Counted from the first letter of the stretch, positions 1 to 9,757 are shown. The stretch: DNA of 64,000 nt from Planctomycetota bacterium (GCA_036479435.1 JAZGFI010000243.1:32001-96000); one strand, 5' to 3'. Notes: a model not told the origin generated them from the sequence alone. A program made the numbers and translations.

Positions 1-2
1 TA

Positions 3-140
3 AAAGGCTCTCACGGCCGTCTCGAAACCAAGCCCGCCGACGGCCCCATCATCATCTGCTCACGCGCTACCGACGTCGAACCACGCTTCGAAATGCAGGA
101 CATCCGCGACTGCATCTTAGAACTCGCGGACTTGGGTTAG
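3..140 (+). CDS. 3' end (partial) of an alkaline phosphatase/nucleotide pyrophosphatase family protein, EboF-like
   Basis: Manual translation of frame 3 gives KGSHGRLETKPADGPIIICS...MQDIRDCILELADLG*. KGSHGR...GP matches the C-terminus I recall for EboF-type phosphodiesterases. Confidence 0.55.
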   Translation, partial: KGSHGRLETKPADGPIIICSRATDVEPRFEMQDIRDCILELADLG

Positions 141-408
141 CTTGCCCTTCCCCATTTTTGAGACGATGTCAGCCTTCCTAACTTGGGCTGGGTACGGCCA
201 AAGCCGCAGCCCAGTATCTTCGCCCTGCACCGCCAAAGCTGCGAAGTACCAGGCCCTTGGCTGAGCGGTAGATGGCGTCAAATCGACGGTTGTCCCACAT
301 GAACGGCTAGTGATACTCAAGCCTCACTACAAATTTCGGGTCCCGAGAATCTGCGCGGGCAAAGCTGACGATAGGCTTTGGAAAATTGGTCCCGGCAAGC
401 CCCAATGA

Positions 409-985
409 AGGTGTCCTTTTCGGTGCGCCAGCTTCGCCTGGCTCACCGAAAAGGACACTAAAGATGGGGTCATCAAGATCGCCGAACTCGCACCGCAAGC
501 CAGAACAATCATGTTGGTGGCACCGAATTGTCAACAAGAACGTGTCGATGTTTCCGGGCGCGCCGGGCAGACGATTCGCGTCAAGCTGACGCCGGCCGGA
601 AGCCTCCGAGTCAAACTCCGAGACGAGCCGGGCGACGCCGTTGTTTGCCGTCGAGTTTCGATCTTTTCGCAGAAGCCCTTGTTTGGACGAAGTGGCAAAA
701 GACCATCCAAATCCCGGGCCCTTCTCGCGGGACGCGGAAACCCGCAAGACCTCTTCATTTCAGATTCCCAAGTCGAATTGTTTTCTCGACGGACTCAATG
801 CTGAAGTCGAATTTCGCCTCCAAGTCTCAACCCATCTCGAACGAGTTTTGGCGAGTACCGACCCAAAGGTTTTGAGTAACCTTGTTGACGACACGATCAC
901 TTTGATTGTGCCTCAGATGTTGAGCACCCCATTCACGGCCGGGTCGTCGATGAGCTGGGACAAGCTCTATCCGGCGTCAAAATAG
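409..985 (+). pseudogene. Frameshifted remnant of a carboxypeptidase-regulatory-like (beta-sandwich) domain protein
   Basis: Segments TKDGVIKIAELAP...VKLTPAGSLRVKL (511 frame) and LDGLNAEVEFRLQV (641 frame) are split by a stop and a frameshift. They loosely resemble the C-terminal half of the 4158..6236 protein. Confidence 0.35.
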
Positions 986-1451
986 CTGTCCAACTCTCAC
1001 AACTCTCATCCGGCGTCTCTTTAGTCTTGGCAACCACGAACGCCCACGGTGACTTCCGCATCACTGAGTTGGAAAGCCCGTTCATAACCTTGAAGGCCTC
1101 CACGCGAGGCTATGAGGATGCCCAACTCGACAAAGTCTCGCGGGATGCCCAAACCCGGACTTTGCACTTCGAATTGAGGCGCAAGCGGCGCTAGGCCGCC
1201 GATTACCCGCCATTTCGGCGGCCCCCCCCCCCAGCCAAAGCCCGATTTCGAGGCCACACCCAAAATAGTGCGTTTTCTTTATACCGATGTGCGAAAGTGA
1301 GCGTCTCTATTTTTGGAGACGAGAATGGAAGCCTTCCCGGGCGCGGCGCAAAGTCGAACCGGGAAGCTGTGGATAGCTATCGACAACGTTTTGCACCGTG
1401 CAGCGCGCTGAACTTTGGGCGCGGTCGCCGAACGTTCAGGGAGAAACCCAC

Positions 1452-3062
1452 ATGACTGATCCCGCAACTAAACGCCCCCGCAATGAAATGCTGACCTTCC
1501 GGGTCACCTTCTCTTCGGCGAGCCTCATTTGCCTACTAATGTTTATGAGCGCGCCCTCGACGCTTTGTGCCCAAGATTCTTGGCCAAACCCTCAGTTCGT
1601 GGCGTCGGCCGCCCAAATCGCCGGCCTTCCATTGGAGACCCAGGCCATCCGGATCTCGGACAGATTGGGTGACCAAGCCCTTAAGGCTTTGGATAGATTC
1701 ACGCACCTAGAATATGTCGATTGCCGATCCAACGGTCGAATTACGGACCGAGCTCTCGACATCCTCGCCAAGCTTCGCCGCGTCCGCCTAGGCTCCTGCC
1801 CTCGCATCACGACCGCCGGAATTGCGAAACTCGCCAAGTCCAAGAACTTGGAGTCACTTGGCCTCGCCAGCTGCTCGAGAGTCTCGGCCGGCGACTTGAT
1901 GGAGGCCTTCGCCCAAGCGCCAGCCTTAAGAGAACTCGATCTTTCCTACCACGCATCCGTCAACGATGCCGCCATCGCAACTTTGGCCAAGTCAAAAACG
2001 CTGGAAGAACTCACCTTGGACTACGGTCCGCCAATTACTGACAAAGCCCTCGCCAGCTTAGCGACCATGCCCAAGCTAGCGCGGCTTTCGTTCTCGAACA
2101 ACAAGTTTATCACTAGCTCTGGCCTAAGCGTTTTCGCCAAATCTCTCACGCTGACCAGCCTAGACTTGAGCAACACCAAAATCGACAACACCGGACTCAA
2201 GTCGCTCGCCCAGATGCCAGCTTTGAAGAAAGTCCTCCTCGACCAATGCCCAATTGGCGACCGTGGGCTCAAAGCCCTCGCCAAGGCACCATGTCTAGAA
2301 GAGCTTTCGCTTTCACACTGCCAAGAAGTTGGAGACAAGGGTGTCGCCGCCGTGGCCAAAATCAAATCCCTCAAGATCTTGGCTCTCAATAACCTGGGAA
2401 AACTAAGCGACAAAGGAGTCGCCAAGCTCAGCGGTCTGCGAGGACTCACGTCCCTAGACCTCAGCTTCAACGGCGCCCTCAAAGGAAAATTCGCCAGCTC
2501 CCTCTCTCGCCTGCCCAAGCTCGAGCAACTTAGCCTCAACTTCGTCAAGCTCGACGCGAAGGCCCTCAAGTCAATCTGCGGCCTGAAATCCCTCAAGAAG
2601 CTATCCCTCAATGGCTGCAAGGCAGTCAATCACAAGACCGCCAAGTACTTCCTCCGGATGAAGGGTCTCACCAAGATCAGCCTCACCGCAACGGCCATCT
2701 CAGACCAAGACCTCAGAAACCTGGGGCGCCTATCAGCTCTTGAAGAACTCCAAGTCAGCGGCTGCAAAAAGGTCACCGACGCAGGTCTAAAGCACCTCGA
2801 GAAACTGAAGTCCCTGAAGGTTCTCAATCTCTCCAACACCGGCGTCACGCAGACAGCCCTCGCCTCAATCCTCAAGCTCACCGCCCTTGAAGACTTGGAC
2901 TTCTCCGGCTCCGGCATGGACGTCAAGGCCCTCAACCGACTTTCAGCCCTCCCGAACCTCAAGGCCGTCGTCGCCTTTGAGTGTCCCGAGATCACCAGCT
3001 CCGTCGCGGCGGCTTTTGTCGCCAAGAAACCCGGCTGCATCGTCATCACGGACGATCAATAA
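1452..3062 (+). CDS. Secreted leucine-rich-repeat protein (RI-like/AMN1-like LRR)
   Basis: Many ~25-aa repeats LxxLxLxxxxxITDxGLxxL; hydrophobic signal ending ...LCAQD; ATG 1452 follows GGAGA. Confidence 0.85.
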   Translation: MTDPATKRPRNEMLTFRVTFSSASLICLLMFMSAPSTLCAQDSWPNPQFVASAAQIAGLPLETQAIRISDRLGDQALKALDRFTHLEYVDCRSNGRITDRALDILAKLRRVRLGSCPRITTAGIAKLAKSKNLESLGLASCSRVSAGDLMEAFAQAPALRELDLSYHASVNDAAIATLAKSKTLEELTLDYGPPITDKALASLATMPKLARLSFSNNKFITSSGLSVFAKSLTLTSLDLSNTKIDNTGLKSLAQMPALKKVLLDQCPIGDRGLKALAKAPCLEELSLSHCQEVGDKGVAAVAKIKSLKILALNNLGKLSDKGVAKLSGLRGLTSLDLSFNGALKGKFASSLSRLPKLEQLSLNFVKLDAKALKSICGLKSLKKLSLNGCKAVNHKTAKYFLRMKGLTKISLTATAISDQDLRNLGRLSALEELQVSGCKKVTDAGLKHLEKLKSLKVLNLSNTGVTQTALASILKLTALEDLDFSGSGMDVKALNRLSALPNLKAVVAFECPEITSSVAAAFVAKKPGCIVITDDQ

Positions 3063-3152
3063 ACAAAACCTCGTCGGCTTAGGATGGCTCTGACAAGTCC
3101 GCCATCCCAAATACGGCCTCGCGGGAAAATCCGAGTACTGAGTAGCGCCCGG

Positions 3153-3880
3153 TGTCAGAGTAGTTGTCACTTGAGCTAAGGCTGAGGGCTCCGGTGAAGA
3201 GCGGAGCTCTTTGCTGGGCTCTTCCTTCGCCGCCGCAGGCGGCTTCCCCCATGGAGGAACGAAATTACCATTTGTTGTGGGGGCGGTGGAGAAGCCGCAA
3301 TGGCGAGCTATACACCCAGTTTTAAGTCTTGGATGGTCCAGCGCATGGCAGGTCCAGAGTCCATCACGGCTTATGGTCTGGCAATGGAAGTCGGAGTGTC
3401 CGTAGGGACCTTGTCGCATTGGCTACGCGATGCCGGTACTATTGGTGCTATGAGCAAGAAAAGCACAGCCAAGGGCAAACGGCGAACGCCGGAAGACAAA
3501 GTCCGCCTTGTGATGGAGGCCGAGAAGATAGGCGATGATGAACTCGGAAGCTTCCTCCGTCGTGAAGGCATCCATAGTCACCAGCTCAAAGAATGGCGAG
3601 AGAAGCTGATGACAGCCGGCTTGGTCGCCCTGGAGGGCGCGAGGCGGAAAATGAGTGAGTTGACGCCGGACGCTCGCGAAAATGGCTTGCTTAAGATCGA
3701 GCTGCGTCGCAAAGATCGTGCTCTTGCTGAGGCCGCGGCGTTACTCGTACTCAAAAAAAATTTGGAGGCCTACTACCTGGGGGACGAGGCCGACGATACG
3801 GACACGAGGAGCGGGACTTAATGGTTGGGCTATCGACGAAGCGCTTGAGTCTGGTGCGTCCCTATCTGCCGCTTGCGACG
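3153..3880 (+). mobile_element. Truncated IS3-family insertion sequence
   Basis: Candidate left end TGTCAGAGTAGTTGTCAC at 3153; intact orfA; A8 slippery tract at 3753-3760; orfB start broken by an indel and then lost; no right end found. Confidence 0.75.
3300..3821 (+). CDS. IS3-family transposase OrfA (HTH)
   Basis: N-terminal HTH, LRREGIHSHQLKEWR, and the coiled-coil end RKDRALAEAAALLVLKK typical of IS3 OrfA. Confidence 0.85.
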   Translation: MASYTPSFKSWMVQRMAGPESITAYGLAMEVGVSVGTLSHWLRDAGTIGAMSKKSTAKGKRRTPEDKVRLVMEAEKIGDDELGSFLRREGIHSHQLKEWREKLMTAGLVALEGARRKMSELTPDARENGLLKIELRRKDRALAEAAALLVLKKNLEAYYLGDEADDTDTRSGT

Positions 3881-4157
3881 ATCGCAGACAAGTATGCCGC
3901 CACCCATGCCGGCTCTGGCGGTAAGGCCTGATCAAGACGACCCGGTCCCGCGCACGAAATGAAAAGACCGCCCACAACGACAATGAGGCTCCTCTTCCAG
4001 TCAACCACTTTCCGATCCCTCCAGGCCTGAACTCAACCCGCGATCTGAGAGAGGGGTTTCTCTTCTTACTCCTCAATTGAAGACCGCAATCATAAAACAA
4101 CGGGGCTACCCGGCTTTGTGTGGGTAGCGCCAATAGCGATACCCTGGTCGTGATTTT

Positions 4158-6236
4158 TCATCTCCCTTTAGATCTTCGCAATGTGATGTCTGTTGGCGCC
4201 TCACCAACAGAGTCAGCTCTCATTTCAATCCTCCTTTTTTGATATCCAATTGCTTGGACAGTGGCGACAATTTGAACTCCCACTTGAACGGAGAGTTCGA
4301 CAATTCCCTTGTTATTTGATTTGACAACTAAGTCACCAATTTGGCCGCCTCGGCTGACGACCATCGTAGCCTGAGGCAACGCGTTGCCCGATTCATCAAC
4401 TATCCTGAGCCGCAAGGTCTTTCGTGGTGCTATCGCGGAAAAATCATCTACGGACAATTCAACAACAGAACCCTCGATTAGGCTCAGTTCACGCATGGGT
4501 GAGCTTCCGACTGCATTCGATTGAACAAGCGTCAAAGTGACGTCGTTGGGAAATTTTAGCCCGTCAATTCTCACAACACCGTCAGTCGAATGGAACGCTG
4601 CTACGCCATTCTTGGCCGTCGTTCTAAACGCAAAGGCTTGTGAACTCCACAGACGCGCATGCAGTTCAGAATATCTGCCCTTAGGGCTCGCGAAGAGGTG
4701 GCCGTTCTTCGATTCAATCTCAAGCGAGAATTCTGAGCCACCTTTGACTTCGATCGATGCACATTTGTGAAGTCGAACACGACTAGGAAGACTTCGGGTT
4801 TCATCCATTCGCGAGATGCGCGCCGCAGCGTAGCCAACGGCCGCGATCTCAAGATCGCACCTCCCGTACGCCGGAACTTCAAAGGCCAGATCTCCATTAG
4901 AGCCACTCGGTCCCAAAAATGATGTCTGGTCTACAGCCATGATTGCGCCTTCAACAATAGCTCCCTCAACGTTTACGATCTTGATAGATTCGTCTTTGGA
5001 TGAAGGTATCATGATCTCGCCGACGTCCGTTTCGTTCTCAACAACCAGATCAACGGGGACCTCGAATTGAAATCGCCCCTTTTCATGCGTTATTGTCAAG
5101 AGAATGCGAATCGGGTCGTTGAAGTCTGTTGGCGCAGTCATGACAAATCGCCCTGCAGCGTCGGATCTCTTCTTGTCGAGAAAAGCCTCTTTGTGTGAAT
5201 CCGTGACTCGACGTACCCAGCACATCTCGATATTTGCATTTTTTACTGGCGAGCTATCGTCTTCGTATCGCAAGACTCCGACTACCGTTTGGGCAACCCT
5301 TAAGTCGATCCGAAATACTACACCGGTCTGCGCGTACACGTGTTTCGCACCCTTACCCTCTTCGCCCGAAAAGTAGCCAGAATAACCATTTACCCAGGCC
5401 TCGTAGTTAGTTCCTGCGAGCCCCTTGACTTCAATATTTCCAAGCTCGTCTGCGGTCTCGACTATGGTCACTAAGGAATCCCCTTGCCGCCTTGAGAAAT
5501 TCCACTCGCGGTTGATTTTCTGCCATTTCAAGGGGCTTTCAAGGAGCAGGACGATGCGAGTACGTCGAGTTGGAGGCATCCCATCAGTGGTCACGCGTCC
5601 GACAAAACAAATGGCGCTCTGTACCTCTATTTGACAGCCTCGTTCAACCCGAACATTCTCAATCAAGATCGGCGGCGACGCCTCCCGCTTCACGACTATC
5701 GCCGTCGGTGACTCGCCCACCGGTAGCCTGCAAGTGCCATCAGCATTCAGCCGAAATCGTCGGGCAGTTCTCTTGCCTGGTAGGTAGACAAATCCATTCC
5801 CAAACGCATTCTTGAACTGGTCGAGAATCGTAACTTTGGCGAATTTGGATTCCTGTAGTTCTGCGGGTCGGCTCGCGGCCGGACCGCGAACTTTCGGCTT
5901 CAAGTCGGCGATGATTTCGTTTGTTGTGACCTGCGAGAGGCGGCTGGCTTCTTTCTTCGGGTCGACTGGTGTTGGCGTAGAGAGGCTATTGTCGCCATCA
6001 ATCGAGTCATCCGACTCAGCGTCCAACATCGTGAACACCACGACGGCGCAGATCGCAAGGAACGCGACAAACAAGATCACCCCGAGTTTCCTGATGCGTC
6101 CCTTAGTCAATTCACTGCTCCCATAGCTATTAGTTTGGGTCTGCGTCTTCTTCGGGCTATCTCTGCCTGACAGTCCGTGGTATTTCGAGCGGGCCCGTCT
6201 GCGCGACACGCGCCTACTGCTCCTGCTCCCCCACAC
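4158..6236 (-). CDS. Membrane-anchored hypothetical protein with carboxypeptidase-regulatory-like repeats (start uncertain)
   Basis: TM segment LGVILFVAFLAICAVVVF; repeated G-x-V-x-D-x-x-G-x-P and SDxxGxF motifs; visibly lower GC than core genes. Confidence 0.65.
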   Translation of the reverse strand: MWGSRSSRRVSRRRARSKYHGLSGRDSPKKTQTQTNSYGSSELTKGRIRKLGVILFVAFLAICAVVVFTMLDAESDDSIDGDNSLSTPTPVDPKKEASRLSQVTTNEIIADLKPKVRGPAASRPAELQESKFAKVTILDQFKNAFGNGFVYLPGKRTARRFRLNADGTCRLPVGESPTAIVVKREASPPILIENVRVERGCQIEVQSAICFVGRVTTDGMPPTRRTRIVLLLESPLKWQKINREWNFSRRQGDSLVTIVETADELGNIEVKGLAGTNYEAWVNGYSGYFSGEEGKGAKHVYAQTGVVFRIDLRVAQTVVGVLRYEDDSSPVKNANIEMCWVRRVTDSHKEAFLDKKRSDAAGRFVMTAPTDFNDPIRILLTITHEKGRFQFEVPVDLVVENETDVGEIMIPSSKDESIKIVNVEGAIVEGAIMAVDQTSFLGPSGSNGDLAFEVPAYGRCDLEIAAVGYAAARISRMDETRSLPSRVRLHKCASIEVKGGSEFSLEIESKNGHLFASPKGRYSELHARLWSSQAFAFRTTAKNGVAAFHSTDGVVRIDGLKFPNDVTLTLVQSNAVGSSPMRELSLIEGSVVELSVDDFSAIAPRKTLRLRIVDESGNALPQATMVVSRGGQIGDLVVKSNNKGIVELSVQVGVQIVATVQAIGYQKRRIEMRADSVGEAPTDITLRRSKGR

Positions 6237-6337
6237 CTCTACACCCTTGATCTGACCCTACCCCAGCCCATGGCTCTTAGGCCAAGATTATGCGATTCTG
6301 TGAAGAACTAACGAACAGAGCCATCGAGGTTGGCCAC

Positions 6338-6631
6338 ATGATTCGAAGTAAGGACATCACGATCTTCAGGGAACACAGGCAACACCTGCGAGACCATTTA
6401 GCTCAGGTCAACGAGACCGGCCGACCGCTATACATCACCACTAAGGGGCAAACCGATGGCGTGTTGCTCAGCCCCAAGATGTTCGACGCGCTGGCGGACA
6501 AGGCCGAACTGATTGAGAGCTTGGCTATGATCGACGGCAGCATGGAAGAAATGCACGCCGGTAAGGGGCAACCCATCAAGGAGGCCCTTCAGGAAATTGC
6601 TGACGAACTTGGTCTCAAGCTCGATAGATGA
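6338..6631 (+). CDS. Phd/YefM-family type II antitoxin
   Basis: LAQVNETGRPLYITTKGQTDGVLLS is a Phd/YefM signature; GAGGT RBS before ATG 6338. Confidence 0.85.
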   Translation: MIRSKDITIFREHRQHLRDHLAQVNETGRPLYITTKGQTDGVLLSPKMFDALADKAELIESLAMIDGSMEEMHAGKGQPIKEALQEIADELGLKLDR

Positions 6632-6678
6632 CCTTTGAAGTCCTGATCGCTCCAGCCGCGAATATCCGAGTTAGATGA
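6628..6678 (+). pseudogene. Truncated RelE/ParE-family toxin (N-terminal remnant)
   Basis: ATGA overlap with the antitoxin stop; MTFEVLIAPAA resembles a RelE/ParE start, followed by a stop after 16 codons. Confidence 0.65.
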
Positions 6679-7873
6679 CGATACCGGGGCAACCGAGGAA
6701 AAGGCTGCTTAAGAATTCGGAGCGGTGGCCGGCAAAAAACAAAAACGCCATGCCCGCGCCGCTGCTGCCGGTCATCAAGCCGAGGTTGATGCGCTCGGAG
6801 CCGTAGCCCATGCGGTATTCAGCTGCACTTAGGATGAGCTGGGCGGCATCGTCGGCGGCCGCGCGAGCTTTGGCTACGAGATCGGCGCGATCTAAAACCT
6901 CACCGGCGTGATTGAGGATTAAGGCGTTGCCGAGCCGCCCGTGGCAAAGTGATTCCGATGTCGTTTCGATGAACCGGCGTTCGCTGAGGGTTCGTTGTGT
7001 TGCCCTTAGCGCCCACTCGAGATCTTGGGGCACTCCCGAAAACTCTTGACGACGGGGCCAAAGGGCCAGCCTGGACAAGGCGATGCCCGGTGCGCCGTGA
7101 CACCAAGTCCACATGGGAGCTTCGCGATCTTTGTCGTCGGCACCCGGCCTCAGGTCGCGCCAGTTCTCTTCTTTTGGCAGACGGTGTTTTGATTCGAAGG
7201 TCAAGGCCCTGCCGATTTCGTCGGCAAAAGAATCGTTGGGAAGTCGCTCCGCCATCCGCGCCAAGAACAAAATCAGTCCGGCGTCGCCCCGGGAAAGCCC
7301 GGTTTGTCCCGTACCTGACTCTCTTAGGGTCTTGGTGACGAGATCAGATCGCAAGGCCGCACTTTCGGCGAAGGCTTCGCGGCCGGTCGCCAGGTTTAGG
7401 TGCAGCATGGCGAGCCCAAGGCCCGCACTGCCTTCGATGAGGTCGATGCCTTCGGTGGTCGGATCGGGATCGGAAAACTCGGCGGCGATCTTCAGGCCGG
7501 CGTCCATCAGGGCGCGGTCTTGCAAGAGGCGACCGCCGAGGAAGAGTGCGAAACCCAGTCCGGCCCGCCCGGGCAAAAGGCCTTTGCCCGGGCCGCCGTC
7601 GGGCAGTTGAGATCGCAAGACGAGTGCGCGAAACGCTGCCGCTGCCGTCTCCGCCATGCGGCGGTCTTCACTGGCCTGCGCGAGCTCGGCCAAGAAGCAA
7701 GCGATGCCCGCCAAACCGTCGTAGAGCGATACATCGACGCTTTGGAAGCGTGTGGCGCTCTCGGCGCCCGTCCAGTCCAGCCAGACGCAAACGTTGTCGT
7801 CCCAAATCGCATCGCGAACCAGACCCAGACCGATCTCAATCGCCGCGTCTAAAAATCCTCCGGCGACCGTCAT
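6671..7873 (-). CDS. Lanthionine synthetase LanC-like protein
   Basis: SLYDGLAGI, DLIEGSAG, WCHGAPG, SLCHGRLG and GLMTGSSG alpha/alpha-toroid motifs; ATG 7873 overlaps the upstream stop (ATGA). Confidence 0.88.
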   Translation of the reverse strand: MTVAGGFLDAAIEIGLGLVRDAIWDDNVCVWLDWTGAESATRFQSVDVSLYDGLAGIACFLAELAQASEDRRMAETAAAAFRALVLRSQLPDGGPGKGLLPGRAGLGFALFLGGRLLQDRALMDAGLKIAAEFSDPDPTTEGIDLIEGSAGLGLAMLHLNLATGREAFAESAALRSDLVTKTLRESGTGQTGLSRGDAGLILFLARMAERLPNDSFADEIGRALTFESKHRLPKEENWRDLRPGADDKDREAPMWTWCHGAPGIALSRLALWPRRQEFSGVPQDLEWALRATQRTLSERRFIETTSESLCHGRLGNALILNHAGEVLDRADLVAKARAAADDAAQLILSAAEYRMGYGSERINLGLMTGSSGAGMAFLFFAGHRSEFLSSLFLGCPGIVI

Positions 7874-9189
7874 GAGCGATTCCCCCAGGGCCAGGCTTCC
7901 GCACGTTCGGGGAAGGCGCGCCATGGCTTACGCCAATCGCGATTCGCCTCGGCGAACGTCGTCATGGCCGCACGTTCGACGGACTTCGCCTTGCCGGCCC
8001 AAGTTCTCAAGATGGCCTCGGCCAAGAGTGCGCAACACTGCTTGCCGTGACTGCCGCCACCTCCGCCGCCCCGACCATCGGCGATTCCAATGCCGCGTCG
8101 GTAGGGCCAGACGAATGGAGGCGTGTGGCGTTCGACATCTCCGGGCTGCATGGCGGAGACCTGATCGAGGATTTGGGGCAACTGGGAATTCGCCCGAAAC
8201 GGAAAGTAGAGCACGCCGGAGTCGGACCGGTCGTAACGCCGAGGGTCAAGACTCACTTTGACTTTAAAGGGAATGCGATAGGCGTTGAGAGTCTGCGTCA
8301 ATCCCGTCAAATAGTCGGGCGCTTCTTCTGGCGACAAATCGAAGTAGATTCGCAGCATGCGAGCATCGCGATAGTGATCGGGAGCGGTCATGCCTTGGGC
8401 AAAAAGCCAACCCTCTTCGCTGCGAATGGCCTTGTCCATCGCGATGCGCACACGTTCGCCAACTCGCGGCAGCCGCGCGGCCGGAAAAGAGGTCAAGTAC
8501 TCGCCGGGCCATGCGACGAGGAAAGCATCGCGTTTTCGAACGAACAGCTCGCCTTGCGCACCGACAGTCTCGACTCGCCAGCCCTCGTCAAGCCGCGAAC
8601 GACCATCGATAGCTGACTCCAATTTCGAGGCGAATTGTCGCCTCACCTCGATGTCGACCTTAGCCCTCGGCTGGCGTTCTGCGCCAAAGGGACGGCAGTA
8701 GGCTCGGGAGTAAAGGAAAGCCGTCAACTCGTCCAGAAGAGCCGCGCGACGAACTGGCTTGGATAGACAACTACGGTCTCGAACCCTAAAACTACCGAGG
8801 CTGAGTTCCTTCGAGCTGAAATCAATGAGTGCCAGAAGGTTCGACATAAGTTGGTCGTGGGCGCGCGCGCCATCCTCTTCGAGGCTCCCAACTTCGGGTT
8901 CGGCGGCGACAAAGCCCTTTCGCACGAACACCAGCAGACCCAGTGATTCATCTTCGTGCGATAGCTTCCACTGCTTCTTGGCGGTCTTTTCTTCGGGCAC
9001 GCCAGAAGAGGACTTCGGCTGCGCCCGAATCACCTCTCGCCCGCCCACATCTAAACGTAAGATCTCTTCGTCGCGGTCACTGCCCCCAGAAAAGCTATAC
9101 ACCGAGACGCCGTTGACCACGACGTCGCTGCGGCCGATCAAACCGCGATCCAAAAGATAGGGGATGAGTTGAGTTTCAGTGAGAAACAA
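7870..9189 (-). CDS. HopA1-family (LanY/TvaD-like lyase) domain protein with N-terminal extension
   Basis: RIYFDL, PFKVKV...YDRSDSGVLYF, TPPF...GIGIAD and C-x-LLAEA motifs; adjacent to LanC. Confidence 0.8.
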   Translation of the reverse strand: MFLTETQLIPYLLDRGLIGRSDVVVNGVSVYSFSGGSDRDEEILRLDVGGREVIRAQPKSSSGVPEEKTAKKQWKLSHEDESLGLLVFVRKGFVAAEPEVGSLEEDGARAHDQLMSNLLALIDFSSKELSLGSFRVRDRSCLSKPVRRAALLDELTAFLYSRAYCRPFGAERQPRAKVDIEVRRQFASKLESAIDGRSRLDEGWRVETVGAQGELFVRKRDAFLVAWPGEYLTSFPAARLPRVGERVRIAMDKAIRSEEGWLFAQGMTAPDHYRDARMLRIYFDLSPEEAPDYLTGLTQTLNAYRIPFKVKVSLDPRRYDRSDSGVLYFPFRANSQLPQILDQVSAMQPGDVERHTPPFVWPYRRGIGIADGRGGGGGGSHGKQCCALLAEAILRTWAGKAKSVERAAMTTFAEANRDWRKPWRAFPERAEAWPWGNRS

Positions 9190-9259
9190 AGTGAGGATAG
9201 CTCCAAAGTCAGTCGCGGTGGGTCAGGGCCTTAGGATCTCGATCTTTTGAATAGGATGA

Positions 9260-9757
9260 TTAACCCTTGTGAATCCAGGTTCCCCAAAGGCCTTGGATCG
9301 CAACGTCGTCTTCGAGTTTCATGTCCGACTGTTTCAAAGAGAGCAAGATCAATCCGCGGTGGTGTGATTCATGAGAAATGAGGTAACTCATCCACTGCAG
9401 GGCGCTCTTGCCGAACATTCTGATCACTGCCTCTCGTCGAAACACGGCCTCTAAGTGGGCGCGTACTTCTTTGCCCGTGTTGCGCAATTCCTTGCGTACT
9501 TGGGCCTTCGTCGGGCGCTTGCCCTTATCGGTTTTGGGCAGCTGGGGTCGCTTTCCAGTTTCGTGGAAGATAAGCCAGCCCTGGCGAACGCGGCAAATGT
9601 GGGCGAATTGCCTCGCGACATCGCGGCCGCGCGAGCCCTCGGGCAAGGCTGCCATCCCGCCGCGCGGCATGGCTTCCAATAACAACATCATGATCGTCTG
9701 ATGGCGATCCCAACATTCGAGCGCTTCGTCGATCATCGCTTCCGAGTCAGCGCTCAC
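9260..9757 (-). CDS. DinB/YfiT-family protein
   Basis: AHICRVR and SHESHHRG His motifs; GTG start overlaps the truB end. Confidence 0.8.
   Translation of the reverse strand: MSADSEAMIDEALECWDRHQTIMMLLLEAMPRGGMAALPEGSRGRDVARQFAHICRVRQGWLIFHETGKRPQLPKTDKGKRPTKAQVRKELRNTGKEVRAHLEAVFRREAVIRMFGKSALQWMSYLISHESHHRGLILLSLKQSDMKLEDDVAIQGLWGTWIHKG

Noticed and set aside
3080..3108. GGCTCTGACAAG as a third copy of the MITE end
   Set aside because: Only weak similarity, and it lies within a short hairpin after the LRR gene.
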